Notes under the pieces: model-generated
The model's database searches: none
The model's input: only the letters and a program-made list of their open reading frames with translations
Told to the model about the DNA's origin: nothing
Shown here: piece after piece, positions 1 through 10,450 of the stretch
Numbering within the stretch: position 1 is the stretch's first letter
Layout: every line of letters begins with the position of its first letter
Translations under genes and position numbers: made by a program
DNA from: Ruminococcus sp.
Lineage (GTDB): Bacteria > Bacillota > Clostridia > Lachnospirales > Lachnospiraceae
DNA length: 64,000 nt
Direction: 5' to 3'
NCBI GenBank assembly: GCA_050944435.1
Contig: JBMNRB010000005.1
Location: 17,636 to 81,635, forward strand

Positions 1-1
1 C

Positions 2-139
2 AGCGCTGCTTCCGCTGCACTTGGAGCGATCAGCGAGGACTCCAGCATCCTTGGTAAATCTCTGATCTTCGTAGGTCTTGCCGAAGGTGTTGCTCTTTAT
101 GGTCTGATCATCTCCTTCATGATCCTGGGGCAGCTTTAA
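2..139 (+). CDS. atpK: V/A-type ATP synthase subunit K (c), 3' part (truncated by window edge)
   Basis: Manual translation from base 2: ...LGKSLIFVGLAEGVALYGLIISFMILGQL*; conserved proteolipid Glu (LAEG); TAA overlaps the ATG of subunit F. Confidence 0.9.
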   Translation, partial: SAASAALGAISEDSSILGKSLIFVGLAEGVALYGLIISFMILGQL

Positions 140-447
140 TGAGAATGTATTTAATCAGCGACAACGTGGATACCCAGACCGGAATGCGGCTGGCAGGCGT
201 GGAAGGCGTCGTGGTGCATGAGCGGGAAGAGCTGCGCCAGGCGCTGGAGACGGCCTTTGCAGACAAGGACATCGGGATTATCCTGTTGACGGAGAAATTC
301 GGAAGAGAATTTCCAGAACTGATAGATGAGGTAAAACTTACCCATAAGATGCCCCTTATCATCGAGATTCCTGACCGTCACGGTACAGGACGGAAACCGG
401 ATTTCATCACATCCTATATCAATGAATCCATTGGTTTGAAATTGTAA
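139..447 (+). CDS. atpF: V/A-type ATP synthase subunit F
   Basis: 102 aa, 'DTQTGMRLAGV...IIEIPD' signature; operon position. Confidence 0.92.
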   Translation: MRMYLISDNVDTQTGMRLAGVEGVVVHEREELRQALETAFADKDIGIILLTEKFGREFPELIDEVKLTHKMPLIIEIPDRHGTGRKPDFITSYINESIGLKL

Positions 448-463
448 GTATTTCAGGAAGAAG

Positions 464-1054
464 GTGAACAGATTGACTACTGATGAAAAATTACAGCATT
501 TTTATGATATTTCAATAGAGAGCGCACAGGAAGACGCCAGAAAATTGCTGGACACTCATAAATCGGCGCTGGATAAAACCTTTGCGGAACATAAAGAGAC
601 GAAACATCGTCAGGCTGAGGCGGAACTTTCTGCTGAATCAGATAAACTGAAACGGGACTTCAACAAAGAAGTATCGACCAAGCAGATTCAAATTAAACGG
701 AAGTTTTCCGCTGTCACGGAGGAACTGCGGGAGAAGCTGTTTCAGGAAGTAGAAGAGAAACTGACAAATTTTAAGAAAAGTCCGGATTATCTGTCCATGC
801 TCTGCCGGCAGATACAGGAAGCGCTGGATTTTGCAGAGGGGGACGAGATGGTAATCTACATCGATCCTTCTGATGCCGGCCTTTGTGATGCCATTGTGCA
901 GCGGCTGAATCTGACAGACTTCGCCCCCACTGTTTCAAAAGAAGCTTTTATGGGGGGAATGCGGGCGGTCATCCGTTCTAAGAACATTTTGATTGACAAT
1001 TCCTTTCTGACATTGATGAATGACGAGAAAGAAAAATTTAACCTGGAGGTATAA
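464..1054 (+). CDS. atpE: V/A-type ATP synthase subunit E
   Basis: Coiled-coil N-terminus, 'MGGMRAVI...LIDNSF' C-terminus; lies between subunits F and A. Confidence 0.85.
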   Translation: MNRLTTDEKLQHFYDISIESAQEDARKLLDTHKSALDKTFAEHKETKHRQAEAELSAESDKLKRDFNKEVSTKQIQIKRKFSAVTEELREKLFQEVEEKLTNFKKSPDYLSMLCRQIQEALDFAEGDEMVIYIDPSDAGLCDAIVQRLNLTDFAPTVSKEAFMGGMRAVIRSKNILIDNSFLTLMNDEKEKFNLEV

Positions 1055-1056
1055 TC

Positions 1057-2823
1057 ATGAGTAAGACAGGAATTATATACGGAATCAATGGTCCTGTTGT
1101 TTACCTGAAAGGAAACACCGGTTTCAAAATGTCGGAAATGGTTCATGTCGGTGAAGAACACCTGGTAGGGGAGGTAATCGCCCTTACGAAAGATACCACA
1201 ACGGTGCAGGTTTTTGAAGAAACTACAGGTCTGAAACCGGGAGCGGAGGTAACTGCCACAGGCGATGCGATTTCCGTAACGCTGGGTCCTGGAATTTTGA
1301 ATAATATATTTGACGGTATTCAGCGCCCATTAAGTGAGATTGCCGCTTCCTCAGGCAAGTATATCAGCCGCGGCGTCAGCGTTGATTCTCTGAATACAGA
1401 AAAAAAATGGCATGTACACATGACAGTAAAAGCCGGTGACAAAGTCAGCGGCGGCGCCATAATTGCAGAGACTAAAGAAACCAGATCCATCGTGCATAAA
1501 TCCATGGTTCCTCCCAATATGAAGGGAACCATAACGGAAGTTGTGCCCGATGGCGACTATACGATTCTGGACAAAATCGCTGTTCTGGAGCTGCCGGATG
1601 GAACCACAAAAGATCTGACTCTATGCCAGAAGTGGCCTATCCGTATTCCGAGGCCGACGCTGAAGCGTTATCCCGCTTCCCGGCCGCTGGTTACCGGTCA
1701 GCGTATTTTGGACACCATGTTTCCCATCGCTAAGGGAGGCACGGCGGCCATCCCCGGCGGTTTTGGAACGGGAAAGACCATGACCCAGCATCAGATTGCA
1801 AAGTGGTCTGATGCTGATATCATTATCTATATCGGATGCGGAGAACGGGGAAACGAGATGACTCAGGTACTGGAAGAATTCCAGGAGCTGGTGGATCCTA
1901 AAAGCGGAAATCCCCTGATGGACCGTACCGCGCTGATTGCCAATACTTCCAACATGCCGGTGGCCGCCCGTGAGGCGTCGATTTACACGGGATTGACTCT
2001 GGCGGAGTATTACCGGGATATGGGATATGATGTGGCTATCATGGCGGACTCCACTTCACGGTGGGCTGAGGCTCTGCGTGAACTGTCGGGCCGTCTGGAG
2101 GAAATGCCGGCGGAGGAAGGCTTCCCCGCATACTTGGCGTCACGGCTTTCTGCCTTTTACGAGCGAGCCGGCATGATGCAGACCTTAAACGGTGCGGAAG
2201 GCTCCGTAACCATCATCGGCGCCGTATCTCCCCAGGGCGGTGATTTCTCAGAGCCGGTTACCATGAATACCAAACGTTATGTCCGCTGTTTCTGGGGACT
2301 GGACAAATCTCTGGCCTACGCCCGTCATTTTCCGGCGATTCACTGGCTGACCAGTTACAGTGAATATCTGAATGATCTGGCGCCCTGGTATAAAGACAAT
2401 GTGAATAAAAATTTCGTCGATCTGAGGAATCAGATTATGGCGCTTTTGAACCAGGAAAGTTCGCTGATGGAAATCGTTAAACTGATCGGAAGCGACGTGC
2501 TGCCGGATGATCAGAAGCTGACGCTGGAAATCGCCCGGGTTATCCGTCTGGGCTTCCTGCAGCAGAATGCTTTCCACAAAGATGATACCAGCGTTCCGCT
2601 GTCGAAACAGTATAAGATGATGGAAACCATTTTGTACCTGTATAAACGGTCCAAGACCCTTGTGGCCATGGGAATGCCCATCTCGGTTTTGAAGGAAGAC
2701 AATATTTTTGAACGGGTAATCGCCATCAAATACGACGTACCCAATGATAAACCGGAAATGTTTAAACAGTATATGGCGGACATCGATAAATTCTACGAAA
2801 ATGTTCTGGAAAGAAATGGGTAA
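1057..2823 (+). CDS. atpA: V/A-type ATP synthase catalytic subunit A
   Basis: P-loop GGFGTGKT, GCGERGNE, EMPAEEGFPAYL motifs; 588 aa. Confidence 0.97.
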   Translation: MSKTGIIYGINGPVVYLKGNTGFKMSEMVHVGEEHLVGEVIALTKDTTTVQVFEETTGLKPGAEVTATGDAISVTLGPGILNNIFDGIQRPLSEIAASSGKYISRGVSVDSLNTEKKWHVHMTVKAGDKVSGGAIIAETKETRSIVHKSMVPPNMKGTITEVVPDGDYTILDKIAVLELPDGTTKDLTLCQKWPIRIPRPTLKRYPASRPLVTGQRILDTMFPIAKGGTAAIPGGFGTGKTMTQHQIAKWSDADIIIYIGCGERGNEMTQVLEEFQELVDPKSGNPLMDRTALIANTSNMPVAAREASIYTGLTLAEYYRDMGYDVAIMADSTSRWAEALRELSGRLEEMPAEEGFPAYLASRLSAFYERAGMMQTLNGAEGSVTIIGAVSPQGGDFSEPVTMNTKRYVRCFWGLDKSLAYARHFPAIHWLTSYSEYLNDLAPWYKDNVNKNFVDLRNQIMALLNQESSLMEIVKLIGSDVLPDDQKLTLEIARVIRLGFLQQNAFHKDDTSVPLSKQYKMMETILYLYKRSKTLVAMGMPISVLKEDNIFERVIAIKYDVPNDKPEMFKQYMADIDKFYENVLERNG

Positions 2824-2835
2824 GGAGGGTGAAAC

Positions 2836-4269
2836 ATGGCAATTGAATATTTGGGATTAAATGAAATCAATGGCCCTCTGGTGGTTCTTGAAGGGGTAAA
2901 AAATGCAGCGTTTGAAGAAATCGTAGAATTCAATATAGAGGGAAAAGAAAAGAAACTGGGACGGATTGTGGAAATTTATGAGGATAAAGCGGTTATCCAG
3001 GTTTTTGAGGGAACGGATAATATGTCTTTGGTCAATACCCATACCCGGCTGACCGGACGTCCTATGGAAATCGCGCTTTCCCCGGAGATTCTGGGCCGTA
3101 CTTTTGACGGTATTGGAAAACCCATTGACGGATTGGGGCCTATTGTTTCAGACAAAAAAGTAAACATTAACGGCCTTCCGCTGAATCCCGTAACCCGCGA
3201 ATACCCGAGAAACTATATTCGGACAGGAATTTCAGCTATTGACGGGCTGACCACGCTGATCCGCGGACAGAAGCTTCCCATATTTTCAGGAAACGGTCTT
3301 CCCCACGACCAGTTGGCTGCGCAGATTGTGCAGCAGGCGTCTTTGGGGGACGATTCTGATGAAAAGTTTGCTATTGTATTTGCCGCTATGGGGGTAAAAT
3401 ACGATGTGGCGGAATTTTTCCGCCGGACGTTTGAGGAGAGCGGCGTTTCAGATCACGTGGTTATGTTCCTGAATCTGGCCAATGATCCGGTGGTAGAACG
3501 TCTGATCACTCCCAAGGTGGCGCTGACGGCGGCAGAATATCTGGCATTTGAACAGGGTATGCATATTCTGGTTATTATGACGGACATCACTTCATTCTGT
3601 GAAGCCATGCGTGAGGTATCTTCCTCCAAAGGTGAAATTCCCTCCCGAAAGGGTTATCCGGGTTATCTGTACAGTGAACTTGCCACGTTATATGAAAGAG
3701 CCGGTATCGTCAGAGGCGTGGAGGGTTCTGTAACCCAGATTCCGATTCTGACCATGCCCAACGATGATATTACCCATCCCATTCCGGACCTTACAGGGTA
3801 TATTACTGAAGGGCAGATTGTATTGGACCGTCAGCTTCACGGGCAGTCTGTTTATCCGCCAATTAATGTGCTGCCTTCTCTCTCCAGATTGATGAAGGAC
3901 GGTATCGGAGAGGGTTATACGCGGGCGGATCATCAGGATGTAGCCAACCAGTTGTTCTCCTGCTATGCTAAAGTGGGCGACGCCCGGGCGCTGGCTTCTG
4001 TTATCGGTGAGGATGAACTTTCTCCTCTCGACAAGAAATATCTGGTTTTCGGAAATGAATTTGAACATCGGTTCGTTGGTCAGGATCCGACGGAAAACCG
4101 TACCATAGAAGATACACTTAACATTGGCTGGGAGCTGCTGGGTATTCTTCCGAGAGAAGAATTGGATCGTATCGACACCAAGATTCTTGATCAGTATTAT
4201 AAACCTACCGTCATTGACAAAGCCGCCCAGGCAATGGAAGAAGCAAATAAGATGGCTGAAGCAGAATAG
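2836..4269 (+). CDS. atpB: V/A-type ATP synthase subunit B
   Basis: [36 protein letters not shown] motifs. Confidence 0.97.
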   Translation: MAIEYLGLNEINGPLVVLEGVKNAAFEEIVEFNIEGKEKKLGRIVEIYEDKAVIQVFEGTDNMSLVNTHTRLTGRPMEIALSPEILGRTFDGIGKPIDGLGPIVSDKKVNINGLPLNPVTREYPRNYIRTGISAIDGLTTLIRGQKLPIFSGNGLPHDQLAAQIVQQASLGDDSDEKFAIVFAAMGVKYDVAEFFRRTFEESGVSDHVVMFLNLANDPVVERLITPKVALTAAEYLAFEQGMHILVIMTDITSFCEAMREVSSSKGEIPSRKGYPGYLYSELATLYERAGIVRGVEGSVTQIPILTMPNDDITHPIPDLTGYITEGQIVLDRQLHGQSVYPPINVLPSLSRLMKDGIGEGYTRADHQDVANQLFSCYAKVGDARALASVIGEDELSPLDKKYLVFGNEFEHRFVGQDPTENRTIEDTLNIGWELLGILPREELDRIDTKILDQYYKPTVIDKAAQAMEEANKMAEAE

Positions 4270-4280
4270 GGGGGATTATT

Positions 4281-4904
4281 ATGGATCCAAATACATTTCC
4301 CACAAAAGGTAATCTGATTCTAGCCAAGAACTCTCTGGCGCTGGCCAGACAGGGCTTCGATCTGATGGATAAGAAGAGGAACATTCTTATCCGGGAGCTG
4401 ATGGATCTGATTGATCAGGCCAAGGATATCCAGTCGCAGATCGACAGTACGTTCCGGACGGCTTACGCTGCGCTTCAGACTGCCAATATGGAGATGGGGA
4501 TTAACCACGTACAGACGATATCCTATTCTATTCCGGTGGAGGATTCCATTCGGATAAAAACCAGGAGTATCATGGGTACGGAGATCCCCCTTGTGGAAGC
4601 CGATCCCATTACGCCTCTGCCTACCTATGCTTATTACAGTACAAGGGAATCCCTGGATAAAGCCAGAAGAGCTTTTGAAAAGGTAAAGGAATTGACCATA
4701 CATCTTTCCATGGTTGAAAATTCCGCTTATCGGCTGGCGGCCAATATAAAGAAGACACAGAAAAGAGCCAATGCTCTGAAGAATATTACCATTCCCCATT
4801 ATGAACAGCTGACAAAGGATATATCCAATGCGCTGGAAGAAAAAGAGCGGGAAGAGTTTACCCGTTTGAAGGTCATCAAAAAGATGCAGACGGGGAAAAA
4901 GTGA
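4281..4904 (+). CDS. atpD: V/A-type ATP synthase subunit D
   Basis: N-terminal FPTKGNL, C-terminal KTQKRANALKNITIP...LEEKEREEFTRLK. Confidence 0.95.
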   Translation: MDPNTFPTKGNLILAKNSLALARQGFDLMDKKRNILIRELMDLIDQAKDIQSQIDSTFRTAYAALQTANMEMGINHVQTISYSIPVEDSIRIKTRSIMGTEIPLVEADPITPLPTYAYYSTRESLDKARRAFEKVKELTIHLSMVENSAYRLAANIKKTQKRANALKNITIPHYEQLTKDISNALEEKEREEFTRLKVIKKMQTGKK

Positions 4905-4913
4905 TAATACATG

Positions 4914-4942
4914 CAGGAGGCGGTGATTACCGCCTCCTGTTT
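4914..4942 (+). terminator. Intrinsic terminator of the V-ATPase operon
   Basis: CAGGAGGCGGT-gatt-ACCGCCTCCTG followed by TTT. Confidence 0.7.
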
Positions 4943-4962
4943 CAACGAAAATGAGGAGAAAA

Positions 4963-6300
4963 ATGAAAAATGAATTAACCAGAGGGCCGGTAACAAAATC
5001 TATGCTTCGTTTTGCCGTACCGATTATTTTGGGAGACCTGCTGCAGCAGTGCTATAATATCGCCGATACAGTAATTGTGGGAAGGTTTCTCGGTGCAGAT
5101 GCGTTGGCGGCTGTGGGCTCCGCCTTTACTTTAATGACTTTTCTGACTTCGATTCTGTTGGGACTGGCGATGGGAAGCGGTACGGTTTTTTCCATCCGTT
5201 TTGGACAGAAGGATATGCAGGCGTTGAAAGAAGGAATTATGGCTTCTTTTGTTCTGCTGGGGATAGTGACGGTATTTCTGACCATTTTGATTTATGCAGG
5301 GCTGGAATGGATTATTTGGTTTTTGCGTACGCCGGAAAATTTAAAAGGATTGATGAAAGAATACCTGATAGTAATTTTTGCTGGAATGATAGGTATTTTT
5401 CTCTATAATTTCTTTGCCGCCCTGCTGCGCTCTCTGGGAAATTCTGTCATTCCCCTGCTGTTTCTGGCGGTTTCAGCACTTCTTAATATTGGTCTTGATC
5501 TTTGGTTTGTAGCCTATTTGGACCGTGGAGTGGCGGGCGCCGCGGAGGCAACGGTGATTTCCCAGTATGTTTCCGGGATAGGGATCGCCCTGTATACAGG
5601 GATAAAATTTCCGGATTTTTTACGGCCGGATAAAGATGCAGGACTTCGAATGGGCAGAATCAGAGAAATTGCCAATTTTTCTGCACTGACTTGTCTGCAG
5701 CAGTCCATTATGAATCTGGGAATCCTGGCGGTACAGGGTCTGGTGAATAGTTTTGGAACAACGATTATGGCTGCCTTCGCAGCGGCGGTGAAAATTGACG
5801 CCTTTGCCTATCTTCCGGTTCAGGATTTTGGAAATGCATTTTCTGTTTTTATTGCTCAGAATTACGGTGCGGGAAAAAGGGAACGGATACAGAAGGGAAT
5901 CCAGGCCGCGGTGAAAATTTCCGTCAGTTTCAGCCTGTTGATTTCTCTTTGTGTTTTTATATTTGCACGGCCATTGATGACTCTTTTTATTGATGGAGGA
6001 GAGAGGGCGGTTGTGGCGGAGGGAGTCCGCTACCTGCGTATCGAAGGCAGCTTTTACTTTATGATTGGCGGCCTGTTTCTCCTCTATGGCCTTTATCGCG
6101 CTCTGGGCAGGCCGGGAATGTCCGTGGTGCTTACGGTTGTGTCGCTGGGAGTTCGGGTCGTTCTGGCATATACCCTGGCAGCGGTTCCGGCAGTGGGCGT
6201 TGTGGGGATCTGGTGGGCTGTGCCCATCGGATGGCTTCTGGCCGATGTTCTGGGGATCGGGTATTTTACGATAAAAAGGAAAACGCTGCTGCGCTTCTAG
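4963..6300 (+). CDS. MATE family efflux transporter
   Basis: About 445 aa, 12-TM pattern, 'QQCYNIADTVIVGRFLG' and 'QNYGAGK' MATE motifs; start moved to the ATG after GAGGAG. Confidence 0.92.
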   Translation: MKNELTRGPVTKSMLRFAVPIILGDLLQQCYNIADTVIVGRFLGADALAAVGSAFTLMTFLTSILLGLAMGSGTVFSIRFGQKDMQALKEGIMASFVLLGIVTVFLTILIYAGLEWIIWFLRTPENLKGLMKEYLIVIFAGMIGIFLYNFFAALLRSLGNSVIPLLFLAVSALLNIGLDLWFVAYLDRGVAGAAEATVISQYVSGIGIALYTGIKFPDFLRPDKDAGLRMGRIREIANFSALTCLQQSIMNLGILAVQGLVNSFGTTIMAAFAAAVKIDAFAYLPVQDFGNAFSVFIAQNYGAGKRERIQKGIQAAVKISVSFSLLISLCVFIFARPLMTLFIDGGERAVVAEGVRYLRIEGSFYFMIGGLFLLYGLYRALGRPGMSVVLTVVSLGVRVVLAYTLAAVPAVGVVGIWWAVPIGWLLADVLGIGYFTIKRKTLLRF

Positions 6301-7241
6301 TATAGATCTCCCGTTCTTTCTGTCTGATAATGGTAGAACTGCTGCAGGCTGTTCTGAAAAGCGCTGCTGCGCACGCATTCAATTACCGCCTGAAAAGTTG
6401 GAAGTTCCAGGTCGCGGCTGTGAAAAACAAGATCCATGGAAGCAGTGCCCAGAGGAATAAATTGCAGTTGGGGAAAGAAGGCGGTATACAGACTGCTGGA
6501 AAGGCAGACATCCGCCGCGCCGGAGGCGACCGCGTTGGCAGCGGACATACCGGACATATGTTCTCTCTCATAACCGATAATCCGTGAGGGATTTGTACAG
6601 GCATCAGACAAAAAAGTATCCAGCATCATTCGAAGACTGTTTCCTTTTTCGCGGTTGGCGATTCTGACTGCTGTTCCGATCAGGTCTGGAAGGGAACGTA
6701 ACCGGTGAGGATTCCCGGCGGAAGTTAACAGACCTTCTGAGTATTGACCAATGTGCAGAATTGCCACAGGAATGCCGGGCAGAAGCGGCGTGAGCCGCTG
6801 GCGGATTCCGGCGGAATCAGCGGCATTGGACAGTGTTACAAGGGCCAGATGTATTTTTTCAAAGTAAAGAGAGTACAGACTGTTGTAGGTATTCATATAG
6901 GAGTGTAAAAGAGGAACCGGGTGGGAGGTCAGCTCCATCTGGTTTTTCAGCAGTTCTACTACGGAAGGTTCCTGTCCCCCTATGATCAAGCCGCTGGCAT
7001 TTGAAAGATAATCCATTCGAAGAACAGAATCTGAGCTGTCTGTTTCCGGAAAGAGCGGCAGCGGCTGACTGCCGGAAGATGGAAACGTATTCATATATTG
7101 GTCCAGTTGGGTTTGACTGATGCGGATTTGTTTTCCGATTTTGGCGGAAGCCAGTTCTCCCCGTTTCACCAGCTCATAGACCGTTGTTTTTTTTATTTTC
7201 AGATAGTCGGCTACTTCCTGAGCAGTGTACATCTTTTCCAT
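6297..7241 (-). CDS. Excisionase-like HTH + periplasmic-binding-protein-like domain regulator, probable molybdate uptake regulator
   Basis: N-terminal 'YTAQEVADYLKIKKTTVYELVKRGELASAKIGKQIRI' HTH_17; C-terminal PBP-like domain ('NREKGNSLR'); divergent from modA. Confidence 0.82.
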   Translation of the reverse strand: MEKMYTAQEVADYLKIKKTTVYELVKRGELASAKIGKQIRISQTQLDQYMNTFPSSGSQPLPLFPETDSSDSVLRMDYLSNASGLIIGGQEPSVVELLKNQMELTSHPVPLLHSYMNTYNSLYSLYFEKIHLALVTLSNAADSAGIRQRLTPLLPGIPVAILHIGQYSEGLLTSAGNPHRLRSLPDLIGTAVRIANREKGNSLRMMLDTFLSDACTNPSRIIGYEREHMSGMSAANAVASGAADVCLSSSLYTAFFPQLQFIPLGTASMDLVFHSRDLELPTFQAVIECVRSSAFQNSLQQFYHYQTERTGDLY

Positions 7242-7330
7242 AAAATATCCCCTTCGATCTGTATGTTTTGATATATTCAGCGTATCATAGAAAAAAAATA
7301 AGAGTCAAGATTATTTTTTTGGCCCCGGCG

Positions 7331-7385
7331 TTGACAAAAATAATAAAAATGGATTAAAATAAACAAAACAATACAAAACAGAACA
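7331..7385 (+). promoter_or_regulatory. sigmaA-type promoter of modA with pentamer direct repeats (candidate operator)
   Basis: TTGACA (7331-7336), 18 nt, TAAAAT (7355-7360), then AAACA-AAACA-ATACA-AAACA-GAACA. Confidence 0.6.
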
Positions 7386-7401
7386 AAAAGGGAGGAAGAA
7401 C

Positions 7402-8304
7402 ATGAAAAAGAGGATTTTGGCAATGGTTCTTGCTTTGACAATGGCGGGAACGATGATGGCAGGCTGCGGATCATCCGGCGATGATGCAGCGGCGGAAAAT
7501 GATAATGCCGCCGCAGAAGAAACAACGGCAGAGGAAACAGAAGAGACAGCGGAAGCTGAAAATGCAGATGCATCCACAGAAGAAGCGTCTGAAGAACCTG
7601 TTGAACTTTATGTGTTTATTGCGGCCAGCTTGAGCAACGCTATGGAAGAGCTGAAAACGGCATATCAGGAAGAACATCCAAATGTGGATATCAAATATAA
7701 TGTGGACAGTTCCGGAACCCTGCAGACTCAGATCGAAGAAGGAGCACAGTGTGATATCTTTTTCTCGGCAGCATTGCAGCAAATGGACGCTCTGGTAGAA
7801 GGTGGATATGTTGACCAGGGGAATGTGGCTAATCTGCTGGAGAATAAAGTGGTGCTGATTAAACCGACGGGAGGAGAAACCACAGTAACTGGTTTTTCAG
7901 ATATTACCAATGCGGCAAATCTGGCGCTGGCAGGGGAAGACGTACCGGTGGGCCAGTATGCCCGGAAAATTTTTGATAATCTCGGTATTACGGATCAGGT
8001 AATGGCCATGGAAATCAATGAAGGCGCCAACGTAACGGCGGTGCTTACGGCAGTGGCTGAACATAGTAATGAAGTTGGTATTGTATATTCTACAGATGCG
8101 GCCTCCATGCCTGACGATGTGGAAGTGATTGCAGAAGCAACAGAGGAAGAAGTTGGGGAAGCAGTTGTTTATCCGGTGGGATTGGTGAAAGATGAGCAGG
8201 CAACAGAAGCTCAGACAGAAGCGGCGAAGGATTTTTATGAGTATCTCCAGTCGGACGATGCGGCAGCAGTTTTTGAGGAGTATGGTTTTGCTGTAAATCA
8301 GTAA
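7402..8304 (+). CDS. modA: Molybdate ABC transporter substrate-binding lipoprotein
   Basis: Lipobox MAGC; 'FIAASL', 'DSSGTLQTQIEEGAQCDIFFSA', 'VPVGQYA', 'GIVYSTDA'. Confidence 0.93.
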   Translation: MKKRILAMVLALTMAGTMMAGCGSSGDDAAAENDNAAAEETTAEETEETAEAENADASTEEASEEPVELYVFIAASLSNAMEELKTAYQEEHPNVDIKYNVDSSGTLQTQIEEGAQCDIFFSAALQQMDALVEGGYVDQGNVANLLENKVVLIKPTGGETTVTGFSDITNAANLALAGEDVPVGQYARKIFDNLGITDQVMAMEINEGANVTAVLTAVAEHSNEVGIVYSTDAASMPDDVEVIAEATEEEVGEAVVYPVGLVKDEQATEAQTEAAKDFYEYLQSDDAAAVFEEYGFAVNQ

Positions 8305-8316
8305 AAGAGAAACAGC

Positions 8317-8346
8317 GGCGGGAGTTGAAAGACTTCCGCCTTTTTT
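8317..8346 (+). terminator. Intrinsic terminator after modA, overlapping a candidate internal promoter
   Basis: GGCGGGAGT-tgaaag-ACTTCCGCC-TTTTTT. Confidence 0.7.
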
Positions 8347-8393
8347 ATATAATGTTACCAAGACAGCACAAAAGAAAGGTGAAAGATCTGCAT

Positions 8394-9092
8394 ATGCTGG
8401 AAATAATTCAGAATATTGATTGGAGTCCTCTGTGGATTTCACTGAAAACAGGTTTTGTGGCAACCGTCATTGCATTTTTTACAGGAATCCTGGCTGCACG
8501 TCTTGTGATGAAGCTGGGGAATAGAGCAAAATGGATTGCAGACGGTTTTTTGACGCTGCCCCTGGTACTGCCTCCTACCGTTGCAGGATTTCTTCTGCTT
8601 CTTTTATTCAGCCTGCGGCGTCCCTTCGGAAAATTTTTGATGGTTCAATTTAATATAAAAATCGTGCAGACCTGGCCCGGATGTGTGATCGCGGCGGCGG
8701 TTATCGCTTTTCCGCTGATGTACAGAAATGCCAGAGCGGCTTTTGAGCAGGTGGATATCAACATGATATATGCCGGCAGAACTCTGGGATTGTCGGAGAG
8801 CAGAATTTTCTGGAAAATAGTGATGCCTCTGGCGGCGCCGGGAATTGCGTCGGGAACTGTACTGGCCTTTGCCAGGGCCCTGGGTGAATATGGAGCCACT
8901 TCCATGCTGGCGGGGAATATTTTGGGAAAAACACGGACCATTTCCGTCGCCATCGCCTCGGAAACGGCGGCGGGAAATTATGATGTGGCGGGATTTTGGG
9001 TTGTTGTGATCATCACCGTATCATTCCTGATTGTGGTAGCGATAAATATGACGTCTCAAAGGGGAATGAGACGTGTGAAGAGGTGGAAATGA
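8394..9092 (+). CDS. modB: Molybdate ABC transporter permease
   Basis: 'LPLVLPPTVAG', 'FARALGEYGAT' motifs. Confidence 0.93.
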   Translation: MLEIIQNIDWSPLWISLKTGFVATVIAFFTGILAARLVMKLGNRAKWIADGFLTLPLVLPPTVAGFLLLLLFSLRRPFGKFLMVQFNIKIVQTWPGCVIAAAVIAFPLMYRNARAAFEQVDINMIYAGRTLGLSESRIFWKIVMPLAAPGIASGTVLAFARALGEYGATSMLAGNILGKTRTISVAIASETAAGNYDVAGFWVVVIITVSFLIVVAINMTSQRGMRRVKRWK

Positions 9093-10144
9093 TGGCGCTG
9101 GAAGTAGAGATAAAAAAGGCATTTCCAGGATTCACCCTGGATGTGTCATTTCAGGCGGATAAAGGATGCATGGGAATATTGGGAGCCTCCGGCTGCGGTA
9201 AAAGCATGACCCTTAAATGTATTGCCGGGATTGAAAAGCCTGACGAGGGAAAAATCGTATTAAACGGCAAAGTATTATTTGATTCTGATAAGAAGATTGA
9301 TCTGAAACCCCAGAAGCGCAATGTGGGATACCTTTTCCAGAATTATGCCCTTTTTCCCAACATGACGGTGGAAGAAAACATCGGCGTGGGCATGAAAATA
9401 AAAAAGGAAGAAAAAAAGCCGCTGATTGCCAGACAGGTGGAACGGTTTCAGCTGCAGGGACTGGAAAAAAGGTATCCCTATGAATTGTCAGGGGGACAGC
9501 AGCAGAGAGTGGCTCTGGCGCGTATTTTAAGCTACAGCCCTGACATCATTATGCTGGACGAACCCTTTTCGGCTCTGGACGGTTATTTGAAAGATACTCT
9601 TCAGCTGGAAATGCAGGAAGTTTTGTCGGGATATGGGCATGATGTACTCTTCGTGTCTCACAGCCGGGATGAGATTTTTAAATTCTGTGACAGAATGTGC
9701 CTGATCTCCCAGGGAAAAAGTATGATGGTGGGGGAAACGAAAGAGATTTTTTCCAATCCGGGAAGTATGGAGGCGGCGAAACTGACAGGATGTAAAAATC
9801 TGTCTGCCATTGAGAAGATCGGCGATTATGAATTGTATGCGAAAGACTGGAATTTCCGTATGGAGACGGCGGAAAAAATCGGCGATGATATTCGATATGT
9901 GGGGGTGCGGGGTCATTGGCTGATTCCTTCCTGGGAGGATCGGGGAGTGAATACAATGGCCATAAAAGAGGCAGGATATACGGAAACTCCTTTTGAAAAA
10001 CAGTATCTGTTTGTCAACCGGGAAGGAGAAGGAAACAGCAGAATCTGGTGGATGGTGAAAAAGAAAGATTTTATCGATGGAGATACAGGGGGACTGCCGC
10101 CCTATATGGTTTTTCCGAAGGAGCATATTATGCTGCTTCGATAA
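9089..10144 (+). CDS. modC: Molybdate ABC transporter ATP-binding protein
   Basis: Walker A GASGCGKS, LSGGQQQRVALAR, MLDEPFS; start moved to the ATG overlapping the modB stop. Confidence 0.9.
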   Translation: MMALEVEIKKAFPGFTLDVSFQADKGCMGILGASGCGKSMTLKCIAGIEKPDEGKIVLNGKVLFDSDKKIDLKPQKRNVGYLFQNYALFPNMTVEENIGVGMKIKKEEKKPLIARQVERFQLQGLEKRYPYELSGGQQQRVALARILSYSPDIIMLDEPFSALDGYLKDTLQLEMQEVLSGYGHDVLFVSHSRDEIFKFCDRMCLISQGKSMMVGETKEIFSNPGSMEAAKLTGCKNLSAIEKIGDYELYAKDWNFRMETAEKIGDDIRYVGVRGHWLIPSWEDRGVNTMAIKEAGYTETPFEKQYLFVNREGEGNSRIWWMVKKKDFIDGDTGGLPPYMVFPKEHIMLLR

Positions 10145-10174
10145 ATGAAATATAAAAAGGAAAGGATGCTTATC

Positions 10175-10384
10175 ATGAAAATCAGTGCAAGAAATCAATT
10201 TAAAGGAAAAGTTTTAAGCATTACAGAAGGAGCAGTTAACGGTATCGTAAAAATTGATATCGGCGGGGGCAATGTGATGTCCGCCACCATTTCCATGGCG
10301 GCCATCCGGGAATTGGGACTGGAAGAAGGGAAAGACGCTTATGCCATCGTAAAAGCTACTTCCGTAATGGTAGGTGTGGACTGA
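10175..10384 (+). CDS. Mop/TOBE molybdate-binding protein
   Basis: 'MKISARNQFKGKV...AIVKATSVMV', classic Mop domain. Confidence 0.9.
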   Translation: MKISARNQFKGKVLSITEGAVNGIVKIDIGGGNVMSATISMAAIRELGLEEGKDAYAIVKATSVMVGVD

Positions 10385-10400
10385 CGGCTGAAGGAAGCAG

Positions 10401-10450
10401 AAAAGGAGCGGCGTACCGGGAGATTTTCTCTCTGGTACGCCGCTCCTTTT
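10401..10450. terminator. Bidirectional intrinsic terminator
   Basis: AAAAGGAGCGGCGTACC...GGTACGCCGCTCCTTTT between convergent genes. Confidence 0.8.
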
